Below, piece by piece: positions 1 through 9,825 of a stretch of 64,000 bases of DNA (its first letter is position 1; each line of letters starts with the position of its first letter). The notes under the pieces were generated by a model. That model saw nothing but the letters and a program-made list of their open reading frames with translations, had not been told where the DNA came from and did no database searches. Origin of the DNA: Nibricoccus sp. (GTDB lineage Bacteria > Verrucomicrobiota > Verrucomicrobiia > Opitutales > Opitutaceae); assembly GCA_047602425.1 (NCBI GenBank), contig JASGHG010000001.1, forward strand, positions 320,001-384,000, in the 5' to 3' direction. Made by a program: the position numbers and the translations under genes.

Positions 1-2
1 CC

Positions 3-452
3 CTTCTGCTCCCAGGATGTGTTTCTCGACCACCAGTCGATCTTAGGCCGCTTGTCGTTTATCAGACAGCGGAGGAATGGGGCAATGCCATCTGCGTTTC
101 TCAATGTTACCAATTCGACTTACAAAACCTCGATCACCTCTTTGGCCAAACCCCGTCAGAAATTTTCCAAATTTCCAAAATCCTCGTTTGGTATCCTAAG
201 GACAATCTTGTCCCGCCAACTGTTGAACAAGCGCTATCTGCGGTTAACGACTATGTTCTAGTGTCAGTAAAATCGGGCTCCTCTAAAGAGCCCGGCGCTC
301 CCCTCACATGGATCGAAGTGTTTGGGCCAGAATATGGGAAAGGAAAGAGCTTGGTGATCTACTTTAGAAACGGCATTCCTGTTTCGGCTGATTTGAAAAA
401 AGGCTGGACGATAATCGGCTACTTTAAGCTAAAACGAAAAAGCCAAAACTGA
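3..452 (+). CDS. Putative lipoprotein, 5'-truncated by the window edge
   Basis: Frame 3 is open from base 3 to TGA at 450-452 (LLLPGCVSRPPVDL...KRKSQN); LLLPGC resembles a lipobox. The 261..452 ORF in the track is its C-terminal part. Confidence 0.55.
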   Translation, partial: LLLPGCVSRPPVDLRPLVVYQTAEEWGNAICVSQCYQFDLQNLDHLFGQTPSEIFQISKILVWYPKDNLVPPTVEQALSAVNDYVLVSVKSGSSKEPGAPLTWIEVFGPEYGKGKSLVIYFRNGIPVSADLKKGWTIIGYFKLKRKSQN

Positions 453-462
453 ACCAGCTTCC

Positions 463-1407
463 TCACGCCCGCGGGTGAGCCTTGTTATAAACTTCCTTCA
501 AGCGCGCCACGCTGACGTGCGTGTAGACCTGGGTAGTGTTTAGGCTGGCGTGGCCGAGGAGCTCTTGCACGAGGCGCAGATCGGCGCCGGCGTTCAGCAA
601 ATGCGTCGCATAGCTGTGGCGGATCTTGTGCGGCGTTAGGTCGAGCGGCAGGTCGGCCAGCGCGAGGTAACGTTTCAACATCAGCTGCACTTGGCGCACG
701 GGCATGCGCCGGTGGTTCGGCATCACCAGCACAGGCGAAGTCGGTGCAGTGTTTCGTGCGAATTCGTTTTTGAATTTCTTCAGCACCGCCAGCGCCACTG
801 CGCCGAGCGGACAGAGGCGCTCCTTATTTCCCTTGCCGAGCACACGCGCGACGCCGCTCTCGAACTCGACCGAACCATAATTCAGGGCCACAAGTTCGCT
901 CACGCGCAGGCCGCCTCCGTAGAGCAGCTCCATCGCCAGGCGGTCGCGCCAGGCGGTGAAAGCATCGATGCTTTCGTTTTCCAGCAGCCGCGTCGGGCCG
1001 GCCAGCAGCAGCTTCATTTGGTCTTCGGTGAGAAATTTCGGCAAACGTTTCTCCAGTTTCGGGAGCGGTACGCCGACGAAGGGATTTCGCTTCACGCGAC
1101 CGTGCTTGAGCCAGTATTTGAAGAACGCACGCAAGCCCGAGGCATGCAAATGCAGCGTCCGCCGGTCGAAACGGCGTTGTCCTTCAATCACAAAATCGCG
1201 GAGGTCGCGCGGCGTGAGCGCGTCGAGTCCGTGATCCCAGAGTCCGCTTTCCTGCAGCCAGACATAGAAATCAGTAAAGGCATGCCGGTAGTTGCGCAAC
1301 GTATACACCGAATACCGCCGCTCCTTCTCTATGTAGGTGAGAAATGGTTCGAGCCAATCGCGCGCGACGGACTCGGGAAGTGCAGCGGTTTTGTTCGCGT
1401 CATTCAC
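463..1407 (-). CDS. xerC: Tyrosine recombinase, XerC/XerD family
   Basis: GLRVSEL (Arg), GKGNKER (Lys), HKIRHSYATHLL (H-x-x-R), LGHASLNTTQVY (His/Tyr), C-terminal AHPRA typical of XerC/D. Confidence 0.85.
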   Translation of the reverse strand: MNDANKTAALPESVARDWLEPFLTYIEKERRYSVYTLRNYRHAFTDFYVWLQESGLWDHGLDALTPRDLRDFVIEGQRRFDRRTLHLHASGLRAFFKYWLKHGRVKRNPFVGVPLPKLEKRLPKFLTEDQMKLLLAGPTRLLENESIDAFTAWRDRLAMELLYGGGLRVSELVALNYGSVEFESGVARVLGKGNKERLCPLGAVALAVLKKFKNEFARNTAPTSPVLVMPNHRRMPVRQVQLMLKRYLALADLPLDLTPHKIRHSYATHLLNAGADLRLVQELLGHASLNTTQVYTHVSVARLKEVYNKAHPRA

Positions 1408-1416
1408 GGATTCCGA

Positions 1417-1477
1417 GGTAGGGACGGACCGCCGGGCGTCCGAGAAACCACGGCGCTCCCTGCGGTCGCGCCCTACC
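1417..1477. repeat. Inverted pair of GTAG-type REP-like palindromes
   Basis: GGTAGGGACGGACCGCCGGGCGTCCG ... CGGCGCTCCCTGCGGTCGCGCCCTACC; termini GGTAGGG/CCCTACC are complementary. Confidence 0.6.
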
Positions 1478-1536
1478 TTTTAACGCTGCATACGAATCAT
1501 CCGTGTTCATCCGAAGTTAAAAAAAGTCCGGTTTTC

Positions 1537-2208
1537 CTAACCTTTTACCTCCGCCACACGCTGCTCCACTTCGCGCATAAGCTTCGTCGTGTGCAAACGC
1601 AGCGCACCTTCGGGATCGAGGCCTTTCGCGCGGCAGGCGGCGGTGAGTTCGAATAACATTTTTCCGATCGTCGCTTCGTCGAGTTGCGCGCCGAGGGCTT
1701 TCACCTGTGCGACATCGACAAGGCCGTCGACGGGCAATTTTTTCTTTTCGATCTGTTTCCAAATCGCCTCGGCAAACATGATCGATGGCAGGCGCGGCGG
1801 CTGATCCTTGAAAACTTTTTCGGCGGCCTGGCCATTCGCGCCTTTTTCTAACGCTTTGATTTTTTCCCACTGGGTGATGACCTGGTCGGATGTATCCAGT
1901 TTTCCATCACCGAAAACGTGCGGATGACGGCGGATGAGTTTCTCGTTCACCTCGCGGGCCACGTCCTCAAGATCGAACTTTCCCGCTTCCTCGGCCAGCT
2001 GGGCGTGAAAGATGACTTGGATGAGCACGTCGCCGAGTTCCTCGCGCATGTGCGGCAGGTCCAGGCGGTCGATCGTGTCGATCAATTCGCTACACTCGTC
2101 GATCAGACAACGCACGAGAGAGGCGTGCGTTTGTTCCTGATCCCAAGGGCAGCCACCGGGGCCACGGAGCCGGGCAATCGTCTTTCGCAGGTCGTCCATT
2201 GCACTCAT
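1537..2208 (-). CDS. mazG: MazG-family nucleoside triphosphate pyrophosphohydrolase
   Basis: LRGPGGCPWDQEQT, EELGDVL, KLIRRHPHVF motifs; start placed at MSAMDDL (ATG 2208). Confidence 0.9.
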   Translation of the reverse strand: MSAMDDLRKTIARLRGPGGCPWDQEQTHASLVRCLIDECSELIDTIDRLDLPHMREELGDVLIQVIFHAQLAEEAGKFDLEDVAREVNEKLIRRHPHVFGDGKLDTSDQVITQWEKIKALEKGANGQAAEKVFKDQPPRLPSIMFAEAIWKQIEKKKLPVDGLVDVAQVKALGAQLDEATIGKMLFELTAACRAKGLDPEGALRLHTTKLMREVEQRVAEVKG

Positions 2209-2293
2209 GAGCCTCAAATTGCCGCGCCTGCCGCGGGTGTACATCGAATTTTTCGGCTTTGTCTTCCGCCGCTTCCCGTGTTCGCTGGTGGCG

Positions 2294-3091
2294 ATGTCCG
2301 ACAAACTCACCGAGATCATGGCCTGGAAACGGCAGGAAATCGCGCCGCGCCTGTGCCCCGTTTCCGAAAGCGACCTGTCCGCCCTCAACGCTTCCCTGCC
2401 GCGTCCGCCGTCCTTCGCCGCCGCTTTGCGCCGCGCCGACGGCAAGCTCGGGGTAATCGCCGAGATCAAACGCCGCTCGCCGTCCGCCGGCGCAATTCGC
2501 GAGGGCATTTCCGCCACCGAACAGGCCCTCCGCTATCAAGCCGCCGGTGCCAGCGCTCTCTCGGTGTTGACCGACGAAAAATATTTCGGCGGCACGCTCG
2601 ACGATCTTCGCGCCGTCACCGCTCAATTTCGCGACAAACCGCCCGCCCTGCCCTGCATCCGCAAAGATTTCATGGTGCATCCGCTGCAAATCGCCGAAGC
2701 GCGTGAGGCCGGCGCCAGCGCGATCCTCATCATCGTCCGCGCGCTGACCGACGACGAAATTAAAATCCTTTTCTCGTCTGCACAAGCCGCAGGACTCGAC
2801 AGCCTCTTCGAAATTCACAACGAGGCGGAACTCGATCGCGCGCTCAAACACGGCGCGAAAATCATCGGCGTCAACAACCGCGATCTCGCCATTTTCAAGA
2901 CCGACCTTTCCCTCAGCGAACGCCTGATTCCGAAATTCCCGCGCGCCATCACTGCGGTGAGCGAGAGCGGAATCTTCACTGGAGCCGACGCCGCCCGTGT
3001 GCGTCAAGCCGGAGCCCACGCCGTGCTCTGCGGCGAAGCCCTCATGAAAGCCCCGTCGCCCGCCGACTTGATCGCAGAGTTTCGGAAATGA
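2294..3091 (+). CDS. trpC: Indole-3-glycerol phosphate synthase
   Basis: IAEIKRRSPS, LSVLTDEKYFGG, RKDF, IGVNNRDL, VSESGI motifs; start MSDKL at 2294. Confidence 0.95.
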   Translation: MSDKLTEIMAWKRQEIAPRLCPVSESDLSALNASLPRPPSFAAALRRADGKLGVIAEIKRRSPSAGAIREGISATEQALRYQAAGASALSVLTDEKYFGGTLDDLRAVTAQFRDKPPALPCIRKDFMVHPLQIAEAREAGASAILIIVRALTDDEIKILFSSAQAAGLDSLFEIHNEAELDRALKHGAKIIGVNNRDLAIFKTDLSLSERLIPKFPRAITAVSESGIFTGADAARVRQAGAHAVLCGEALMKAPSPADLIAEFRK

Positions 3092-3246
3092 GCCAGGACA
3101 TCCAGTCCGCAAACTTCGGCCCTCCGACCTCCGCCATTGTAGTCGTCGCGCCCAAGGGGCACCCGCTCCTCCAACCCTCCGCTTCGCTCCAGGCGAGCCG
3201 CTTAACGCAAACCGCGCGGCTCACCATCTCCGCACTTGCGTGCTCC

Positions 3247-3302
3247 GTCCGATCTCCGATCTCCGACCTCTGGCTTCCGGCCTCCGGCCTCCGGCTTCTC
3301 GC
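3247..3302 (+). repeat. Degenerate 7-bp tandem repeat (about 8 units, CTCCGRY)
   Basis: gtccgat ctccgat ctccgac ctctggc ttccggc ctccggc ctccggc ttctcgc, just upstream of rsmA. Confidence 0.75.
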
Positions 3303-3311
3303 CTCCTCTCC

Positions 3312-4139
3312 ATGCCTCTAACGCCCACCGCCACCCGGGAACTCCTAACCAGGCTCGGTCACCAACCGAAACGGTTTCTCGGGCAGAATTTTCTCGTCGA
3401 CGGCAATATCGTGCGCAAATCGCTCGAACTCGCCGAGGTCGTCGCCACCGACACCGTGGTCGAGGTCGGTCCCGGTCTCGGCACGCTCACGTCGGCCCTG
3501 CTCCAGAGCGGCGCCGAAGTTTTCGCCGTCGAAAAAGATCGCACGCTCCACGAACACCTCTCCGGCACGCTCGCCGTGGAGTTTCCCAAAACGTTTCACC
3601 TGCTCGAAGGCGACGCCGTAGAATTTCCCCGCGCCGGTTTGCCCTCAGACGATACCCGTCCCTTCAAAGTCGTGGCCAACCTCCCCTACGCCATCTCCAC
3701 GCCGTGGATGGACGAAGTATTGAGTGGGCCGTTGCCAACGCGCCTCGTGCTCATGTTGCAACAGGAGGCTGCCCAACGTTACGCCGCCACGCATGGCACC
3801 AAATCGTTCGGCGCCATCTCGATTTTTCTACAGGCCGCCTACGATCTTGCCCCGGGCCACAAGGTTCCGGCCGCGTGTTTTCACCCCCGTCCCGACGTCG
3901 AGTCCTACCTCCTGCATCTCGTACGCAAGCCTGAGCCCTTCGTTTTTTCGACCGCGACGAAGCAGCTCATCCGCAGTTGCTTTCAACAGCGCCGCAAGCA
4001 AATCGCTGCCCTGCTCCGCGAGCGCCTCCCCGATCAAGGCAAGGCTTGGATCGCCCAACTCACCGCTGCCGGCCTCGGCCCGCAAGCCCGCCCCGAAGAA
4101 ATCCCGGTTGCCCTCTGGCTGAAACTTTCCGCTGCTTGA
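3312..4139 (+). CDS. rsmA: 16S rRNA adenine dimethyltransferase RsmA/KsgA
   Basis: LGQNFL, VEVGPGLG, VVANLPY, FHPRPDVES, FQQRRK motifs. Confidence 0.95.
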   Translation: MPLTPTATRELLTRLGHQPKRFLGQNFLVDGNIVRKSLELAEVVATDTVVEVGPGLGTLTSALLQSGAEVFAVEKDRTLHEHLSGTLAVEFPKTFHLLEGDAVEFPRAGLPSDDTRPFKVVANLPYAISTPWMDEVLSGPLPTRLVLMLQQEAAQRYAATHGTKSFGAISIFLQAAYDLAPGHKVPAACFHPRPDVESYLLHLVRKPEPFVFSTATKQLIRSCFQQRRKQIAALLRERLPDQGKAWIAQLTAAGLGPQARPEEIPVALWLKLSAA

Positions 4140-4164
4140 AACACCGGCAAAGTTTTGCAGTCAC

Positions 4165-4923
4165 ATGAATCCAGCCATGTTTTTCAGAGGTCAACTTTTC
4201 GCCACCCTCGCCTTCGCGCTTTGCCTCGCGATCTCCTCGGTCGCGCAAACCTCCGTCGGCCCGTTGAATGGTCGCATCGAAAAAAACCAATATATATCAC
4301 CAACCGGCGCCTTCCAGATCAATATCCCGGTCATCGCTGCGCTCGGCGGTTCGGTCACCGATACGGAGAATGTCGTTATCTTCCAGGATCGCCTCAACAC
4401 GCACCAAAGTCTCGCGTGCTTCAAGCAGGACTCCACCCAGCGCTTCGAGGAGGAATCGCGCGGTCGCAAGGAGTACCTCATTTGGTTTCTCGCCAACTTC
4501 GTGCAAGCCGACTTCGAGCAGCGCTTCCACGGCGCCCGCGTCGAATCCGCCCACTTTATTCCCGATCTCCAAGGCGGCGCCCTGCTCGTTTACAATCTGC
4601 TTCCCGGCGGCTCGATGTTCGCCAACCGGGCCCTCATCGTGAGACGCGACCAGCCGCCCGTCGCCAAGCGCGGCAATCTTCTCTTCGTCAACCACGGCCA
4701 CATCTACGTTCTCAGTATTGAGCTCGCTGAAAAGGTCATCCAAGGCTCCGCATATACGCTAACGACCGAGGAGGAGGACGCCCAATTGCGCAAGCGGCTC
4801 ACGGACTTCCTCGCCAAAATCACTTTCAACCCGCTTCCCACTGCCGACGGAGCTACGCCGGGCACGGCAGCCACCCCCGAGAAATCTGCCATAACACCCG
4901 CTACCGACAAACCGTCCCGTTGA
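4165..4923 (+). CDS. Hypothetical exported protein
   Basis: 252-aa ORF with host-like codon bias and an N-terminal signal peptide (…LAISSVA|QT). Confidence 0.7.
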   Translation: MNPAMFFRGQLFATLAFALCLAISSVAQTSVGPLNGRIEKNQYISPTGAFQINIPVIAALGGSVTDTENVVIFQDRLNTHQSLACFKQDSTQRFEEESRGRKEYLIWFLANFVQADFEQRFHGARVESAHFIPDLQGGALLVYNLLPGGSMFANRALIVRRDQPPVAKRGNLLFVNHGHIYVLSIELAEKVIQGSAYTLTTEEEDAQLRKRLTDFLAKITFNPLPTADGATPGTAATPEKSAITPATDKPSR

Positions 4924-4983
4924 ACGGCTGCAGGCCGAGAGTTTTCCCTCGCCGAAACCATGCCTGACGCTTACCTAGTCGGC

Positions 4984-5241
4984 ATGAACCTCAACACAGC
5001 GCTTGTGATTCTGATCGTTGGCGCGCTCGCCGGCGTTCTCAGCGGACTTATCGCCAAGGCCAGAGGCAAAGGCTTCAACCTCATTGTCCACATCATCGTT
5101 GGCATCATCGGAGCTTTTCATGGCCGCCTCATTTTCGCTCTGCTCGACATCCGCGCCTCGGGCAACGTCGGCCACATCGTCTTCGCCGGCATCGGTGCGA
5201 TTCTCTTTCTCTATCCCCTGCGCTTCATCAAACCCGCCTAA
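4984..5241 (+). CDS. GlsB/YeaQ/YmgE (transglycosylase-associated) small membrane protein
   Basis: Three hydrophobic helices, pattern LIVGALAG...IIVGIIGAF.G...IGAILFL. Confidence 0.8.
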   Translation: MNLNTALVILIVGALAGVLSGLIAKARGKGFNLIVHIIVGIIGAFHGRLIFALLDIRASGNVGHIVFAGIGAILFLYPLRFIKPA

Positions 5242-5257
5242 GGAAAATCCCTACTCG

Positions 5258-5334
5258 TTTTACAGGAACAAACAGAGAGAACAGAGTAGCCAGCAATACC
5301 CCGCCTCCGTTCCCTCTGTTGCCTTCTGTTCAAA
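5258..5334. repeat. Intergenic ACAGAG/CTCTGT inverted-repeat element, copy 1
   Basis: TTTTACAGGAACAAACAGAGAGAACAGAG ... CTCCGTTCCCTCTGTTGCCTTCTGTTCAAA; related copies at 45654-45737 and (half) 44471-44499. Confidence 0.7.
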
Positions 5335-5370
5335 CAAATCCTCTTCTGTCTCCGTGCCAACTCGCCACCT

Positions 5371-6102
5371 GTGGGAAAAAAATCGACATACCCCCGTTTT
5401 GCCCCGCTACTGCTGATTGCCCTGACGCTCGTCCTCAGCGGCTGCGTGTACTTACGGCTGCTCGATCTGAAAAAGCAGTTCGCCCGCTTCGACGAGAATT
5501 TTGTACTTCTCCCCGGGGATGATTTCGAACTGCGCTTTCTAAAACCCGTCCTCACCGCCAGCGATGTTCGCTGGCTTGGCGCCGAACCCAAAACCGTCCG
5601 GCCTTGGAAAGACGGCGAGGAATGGTCCATTCGCTGGGTGAAAACTCCGCCGCCGGGCCTGCGCGAAGAATCGGTTTACGACATGGAGTTTATCGCCCGC
5701 CTCGCCGACGATCGCCTCGTCGAAGCCGCGATCCCAAAACGCTACTTCGCGTATTTCCCGAAGGAACTTTTTATCAATCTCCTTCGTTCCACCGGCGCGG
5801 CCAAGGTCGACAAAACCGATCGTCAGGCCGAAACCCAAACCGAGACTCCGCCCGAAACGCCCCTGCCCAATCTGAAATCCATCGGCGGCATGCTCGGCGC
5901 CCCCACGCAAAAAACCACCAACAAGTCCGGTCAGCTCGTGTACCTTTACCTCTATCGACTGGATTTGCCCAAGCCAGATTCAAAACCCGTCGAAATGACT
6001 TTTCTCTTCGACCCCGCCAGCGGCGACCTCCGCAAACTCACCGCCAAACTCCCCCACGGCACGTTGAAATACGATTTCTCGAAGTCACCTTCTAAAAAAT
6101 AG
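5371..6102 (+). CDS. Hypothetical lipoprotein
   Basis: Basic N-terminus, hydrophobic stretch and LSGC lipobox. Confidence 0.75.
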   Translation: MGKKSTYPRFAPLLLIALTLVLSGCVYLRLLDLKKQFARFDENFVLLPGDDFELRFLKPVLTASDVRWLGAEPKTVRPWKDGEEWSIRWVKTPPPGLREESVYDMEFIARLADDRLVEAAIPKRYFAYFPKELFINLLRSTGAAKVDKTDRQAETQTETPPETPLPNLKSIGGMLGAPTQKTTNKSGQLVYLYLYRLDLPKPDSKPVEMTFLFDPASGDLRKLTAKLPHGTLKYDFSKSPSKK

Positions 6103-6119
6103 CTCCATAGGCCTCATCT

Positions 6120-6554
6120 TCATTGGCCGGTACGTCGGTAAACCGTTTCGACGATTACGTTTTTGATCCCGGCTTTGCGAACTTCGTCGAGCACCGCAAC
6201 GGTCTGACCGTATTTTGCGCGCTCGTCACCCGCGAGGAGAACGGTCGGAGTTTTACATCCCGTCACATATTTCGCTAAGGCAACTGGTAATTCGCGCTCG
6301 GTGATCAGCGCCTTATCCCAATAGATTCCCGCATCGGTGATTTGCAGCACTACGGCACGGTGTTCATTCTGTCCATGGATGCAGAAACACCCTGGCCATT
6401 CGAGTGGGATGACTGTCTTCTTTTCCAAGCCCAAAGAGAACATCGCGAAAACGGCGAAGAGAAAAAATAGAATTGCGACCAGCGACATGAGCTGAATTTT
6501 CGCGCGCTGTTGCGGAATGGTCAGCAGCCGGGAACGAGGATCCTTGAAAGCCAT
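6120..6554 (-). CDS. ExbD/TolR-family biopolymer transport protein
   Basis: Single N-terminal TM helix, then VLLAGDERAKYGQTVAVLDEVRKAGIKNV typical of the ExbD periplasmic domain. Confidence 0.8.
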   Translation of the reverse strand: MAFKDPRSRLLTIPQQRAKIQLMSLVAILFFLFAVFAMFSLGLEKKTVIPLEWPGCFCIHGQNEHRAVVLQITDAGIYWDKALITERELPVALAKYVTGCKTPTVLLAGDERAKYGQTVAVLDEVRKAGIKNVIVETVYRRTGQ

Positions 6555-6704
6555 GTTCGTTTAGGGATATGGATATGTTTTGGAGAATTAACGTAACAAC
6601 GCGACATTTATTAACGCATCCAAGGCTGCGACTTTGCGTGTATCTCTAGAGCATTTTTAAAAATGTCATAGCCGCACAACTCCGGCTGTAGGGGCGCAGT
6701 CTTG

Positions 6705-8018
6705 TGTTTTGTACCGGGTTGTGGGTAACACATGTACCGCTAGTGAGGTAACACTTTTCAACTCATGGAAGAAGGGCCATGGCCCTTCTTCCATGAGTTG
6801 GGACAACAAAAATACAATCGCGCGACGGCACGAGTTTGTGACGTTCGCGCTTGCGGGCTCGATCAGTATGGTGGCCTTGTGTGAGCGTTTTGGCGTCAGT
6901 CGCAAAACCGGTTACAAGTGGTTGAGGCGTTTCCATGCACAAGGGCCCGCTGGCCTGGAAGACCGGCAGCGTGCACGCGTACGTCGCAGCAACCAGACCT
7001 CATGTTCGGTGGAGACGCGTGTGGTGAAGCTGCGCACGAAGCATCCTACCTGGGGAGCGCGCAAACTACATCGCAGGCTCTGCGATCTGGGCCACACTTG
7101 CATGCCGGCGGTGAGTACCTTCGCACGCATTCTTCGCCGGCGTGGGTGCATTCACCCGCGCCACAGTGCCGCACACCAGCCGATGCAGTGTTTTGCCAGA
7201 GCCGAGCCCAATCAACTCTGGCAAATGGACTTCAAGGGCCACTTTGCCATGCAGCGCGGTGGCCGCTGCCATCCGCTCACGGTGCTCGACGACCACTCCC
7301 GCTTTTCCGTTGGGCTTGAAGCGTGTGCCAACGAGCAGACGGTGTGCGTGCGTGAGCGCTTGGAGCGCATCTTCACCTGCTACGGCCTGCCCGAACAGAT
7401 CCTTTGCGACAACGGCCCTCCTTGGGGCGGAACAGGGCCGGAGTTCACCCAGCTCAGCGTCTGGTTGCTGCGCCTGGGCGTGGAGGTCATCCACGGCAGG
7501 CCGTTTCATCCTCAGACCCAGGGCAAAGACGAACGTTTCCACCGCACCCTCAAGGCCGATCTTCTGGACCGCCTCGACTGGCGCGACCTCGCCCAGGCAC
7601 AGCGACGCTTCGATGCGTACCGCCATCTCTACAATTATGACCGTCCACATGAAGCGCTTGATCTGGCCGTGCCAGCCTCCCGCTATCGCCCCAGTTCCCG
7701 CCGAATGCCAGCCAGGCTTCCCATCGCGCAGTATGAAGCCTCGGAGCTGGTCCACCTGGTGAAATCCAAGGGCGAGATCACCTTCCAAAACCGTTTCTTC
7801 TTCATCGGCCAGGCTTTCATCGGACTGCCTGTGGCGCTGCGACCCTGCGCAGCCCACGGCGTTTATCGGGTCTGCTACGCCGCATTTACTCTCGGCCTTA
7901 TCGATCTATCAAAACCAACCAATCTTCCCAAAGGCTGCTACCATCCCCTGCTTCGGCCTACTCATACACTGTAACCCCATTAGCGGTTCATCTGTTACCC
8001 TTGACCCGAGTCTATACA
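6705..8018 (+). mobile_element. IS481-family insertion sequence
   Basis: 26-bp imperfect terminal IRs TGTTTTGTACCGGGTTGTGGGTAACA / rc TGTATAGACTCGGGTCAAGGGTAACA with 5'-TGT...ACA-3' ends; internal repeats of the GTAACA motif at both ends. Confidence 0.85.
6793..7974 (+). CDS. IS481-family DDE transposase
   Basis: HTH (FGVSRKTGYKW), WQMDFKG, DNG, PQTQGKDERFHRTLK, YNYDRPHEAL integrase-core motifs. Confidence 0.93.
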   Translation: MSWDNKNTIARRHEFVTFALAGSISMVALCERFGVSRKTGYKWLRRFHAQGPAGLEDRQRARVRRSNQTSCSVETRVVKLRTKHPTWGARKLHRRLCDLGHTCMPAVSTFARILRRRGCIHPRHSAAHQPMQCFARAEPNQLWQMDFKGHFAMQRGGRCHPLTVLDDHSRFSVGLEACANEQTVCVRERLERIFTCYGLPEQILCDNGPPWGGTGPEFTQLSVWLLRLGVEVIHGRPFHPQTQGKDERFHRTLKADLLDRLDWRDLAQAQRRFDAYRHLYNYDRPHEALDLAVPASRYRPSSRRMPARLPIAQYEASELVHLVKSKGEITFQNRFFFIGQAFIGLPVALRPCAAHGVYRVCYAAFTLGLIDLSKPTNLPKGCYHPLLRPTHTL

Positions 8019-8097
8019 CAAGCCTGCGCCCCTACGAAGACAGCTCGGTTTGTAACACCGATTTACAGCTACAGTTTGTGTGTGTGTGCTCTAGAAC

Positions 8098-8126
8098 AAA
8101 AAACCGCGGAAAGATCTCCGCGGTTT
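8098..8126 (-). terminator. Rho-independent terminator of the GH28 gene
   Basis: AAACCGCGGA-aagatc-TCCGCGGTTT with an A-run on the left (U-tract on the minus strand). Confidence 0.7.
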
Positions 8127-8154
8127 CATTCTGTCGCGCATTCGCGGCTAAAAC

Positions 8155-9489
8155 TCACTCCACCATGGGCGGCGGTTCGACGAAGATGCCAGGCTTGATT
8201 TCGATCTTCACATTTTCAAACACCGGCTTGTCGGCGTCTTTGATCACAAAATCGTTTTCCGCAGTCAGTGTGACATTGCGCAGGGTGATGTTTTTAATCG
8301 GACTGTCGGGCAAACCGACGATTTTTCCGGCGTTCTTCGATCCTTCGACGGTCACGTTTTCGATGAGGATGTTTTGGATGGCGGGAATTTTTGTCGGATC
8401 GCCTTTGAAGTTGGGGCGATTGTTATCGACGTATGAGAGATCGAGGACGATGGCGTCTTTCACGTTTTTCATCGTGATGTCGGAGTAGCGCACGTTCTCG
8501 ACGAGGTCGCCGGCGCCTCGCATGGATTTTATGCGAATGCCGTTGTCCGTGCCTTCGAGGGTGCAGCGGCGCACCAACATATTTTTGATGCCCGCGCTCG
8601 TCTCCGAGCCGATTGAAAGACCGTGGCCATGCTTGATCGTGCAATCCTCGATCAGAAGATTGGTGCCGCCGAGCTTGATCACGATGTCGTCGTCGCCGGT
8701 GTCGATGTCGCAATGGTGAATCCAAGCGTTGGTGCAACTGCCGGGATCGATCGCGTCCGTGTTGGGCGCATCGTGCGGAGCGCGAACTTTCACGCGCTCG
8801 ATGGTCAGATCGGTGACGCCTTTCGGTACAAGGTGAAACATGGCGGAGTTCTGCAGGGTGACGTCGGCCACGAGCAGGCGCTCGATGCGCTCCAGAATAA
8901 TCATGTGTGTGCGACGGTAAACGATGCGATTTGGTTCGGTTTCCTTGACCTTGCGGGCGGCGCGTTCGGACCATTCCCACCAAAGCGCTCCGTTGCCGTC
9001 GATTTTGCCCGTGCCGGTGATGGCAACGTCATGAAGGCCTTTGCCGTTGATCAGTGGTTCGGGTGCGCGGTATTTTTCGCGCAGTTCGTCCTGCGACGTG
9101 ATGGTCTTGGGATCGGGCACGCCGAAATCGGCGAAGTTGTCGGGCGACTGGATCATCGCGCCTTCCGCGAGATGGAGTTCGAGATTGGAACAGAGTGTGA
9201 CTTGCAGCGTGCGAAAAACGCCTTTCGGCACGATCAGTTTTCCGCCGCCCGCCTTGTCGACCGCGGCGATTGCATTCTTAAAGGCCTCGGTATTGAGCGT
9301 CTTGCCATCCCCCACTGCACCGTAGTCGGTCAGCAGAAAGGTGCGCTGAGGAATCCTGGGACGCGCGGGACGCACGTTTTCAACCGCGGAAACATCGACG
9401 AGGGGCATTTTGGGCGAAGCGGTCTCCGCTGCAAAAACGCATGAGGCAAACAAAGAAAGTAGCACAAACGCTCGGGGGAAATTTTTCAT
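8155..9489 (-). CDS. Glycoside hydrolase family 28 (polygalacturonase-like), exported
   Basis: NTDAID, GDDDI, GHGLSIGS, RIKS catalytic motifs; signal peptide from MKNFPR (ATG 9489). Confidence 0.92.
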   Translation of the reverse strand: MKNFPRAFVLLSLFASCVFAAETASPKMPLVDVSAVENVRPARPRIPQRTFLLTDYGAVGDGKTLNTEAFKNAIAAVDKAGGGKLIVPKGVFRTLQVTLCSNLELHLAEGAMIQSPDNFADFGVPDPKTITSQDELREKYRAPEPLINGKGLHDVAITGTGKIDGNGALWWEWSERAARKVKETEPNRIVYRRTHMIILERIERLLVADVTLQNSAMFHLVPKGVTDLTIERVKVRAPHDAPNTDAIDPGSCTNAWIHHCDIDTGDDDIVIKLGGTNLLIEDCTIKHGHGLSIGSETSAGIKNMLVRRCTLEGTDNGIRIKSMRGAGDLVENVRYSDITMKNVKDAIVLDLSYVDNNRPNFKGDPTKIPAIQNILIENVTVEGSKNAGKIVGLPDSPIKNITLRNVTLTAENDFVIKDADKPVFENVKIEIKPGIFVEPPPMVE

Positions 9490-9825
9490 GAGGGGAAAGG
9501 TTTCAAACATGCAGCTAATGACGCCGGTCGCGAGGAAAAGTCGCAGCAGTCCTGTCATTGAAACTCATGACACATGCCTCCATGTTCTCCCGCTCGCTTT
9601 TGAAATCAATTTATCATGCCTTGGGATCTTCATCATAAAAAGGGCATCCATCTGCCACAAATCGGTTGGTGGCTGGACCCGCAGCGCCCGGCCGACTTTG
9701 CAGTCGTATCGCACGCCCATTCGGATCATTGCGCACGCAACAAGGAGATTGTCTGCACGCCGGCCACCGCCCGCCTTGGGCTTGCCCCGGAAGGACGGAC
9801 AAAGATTTGAGGTGGGTTGTTATGG

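Noticed and set aside
463..1407. Prophage or integron integrase
   Set aside because: XerC/D-like length and C-terminus, housekeeping context, no att sites, cassettes or phage genes.
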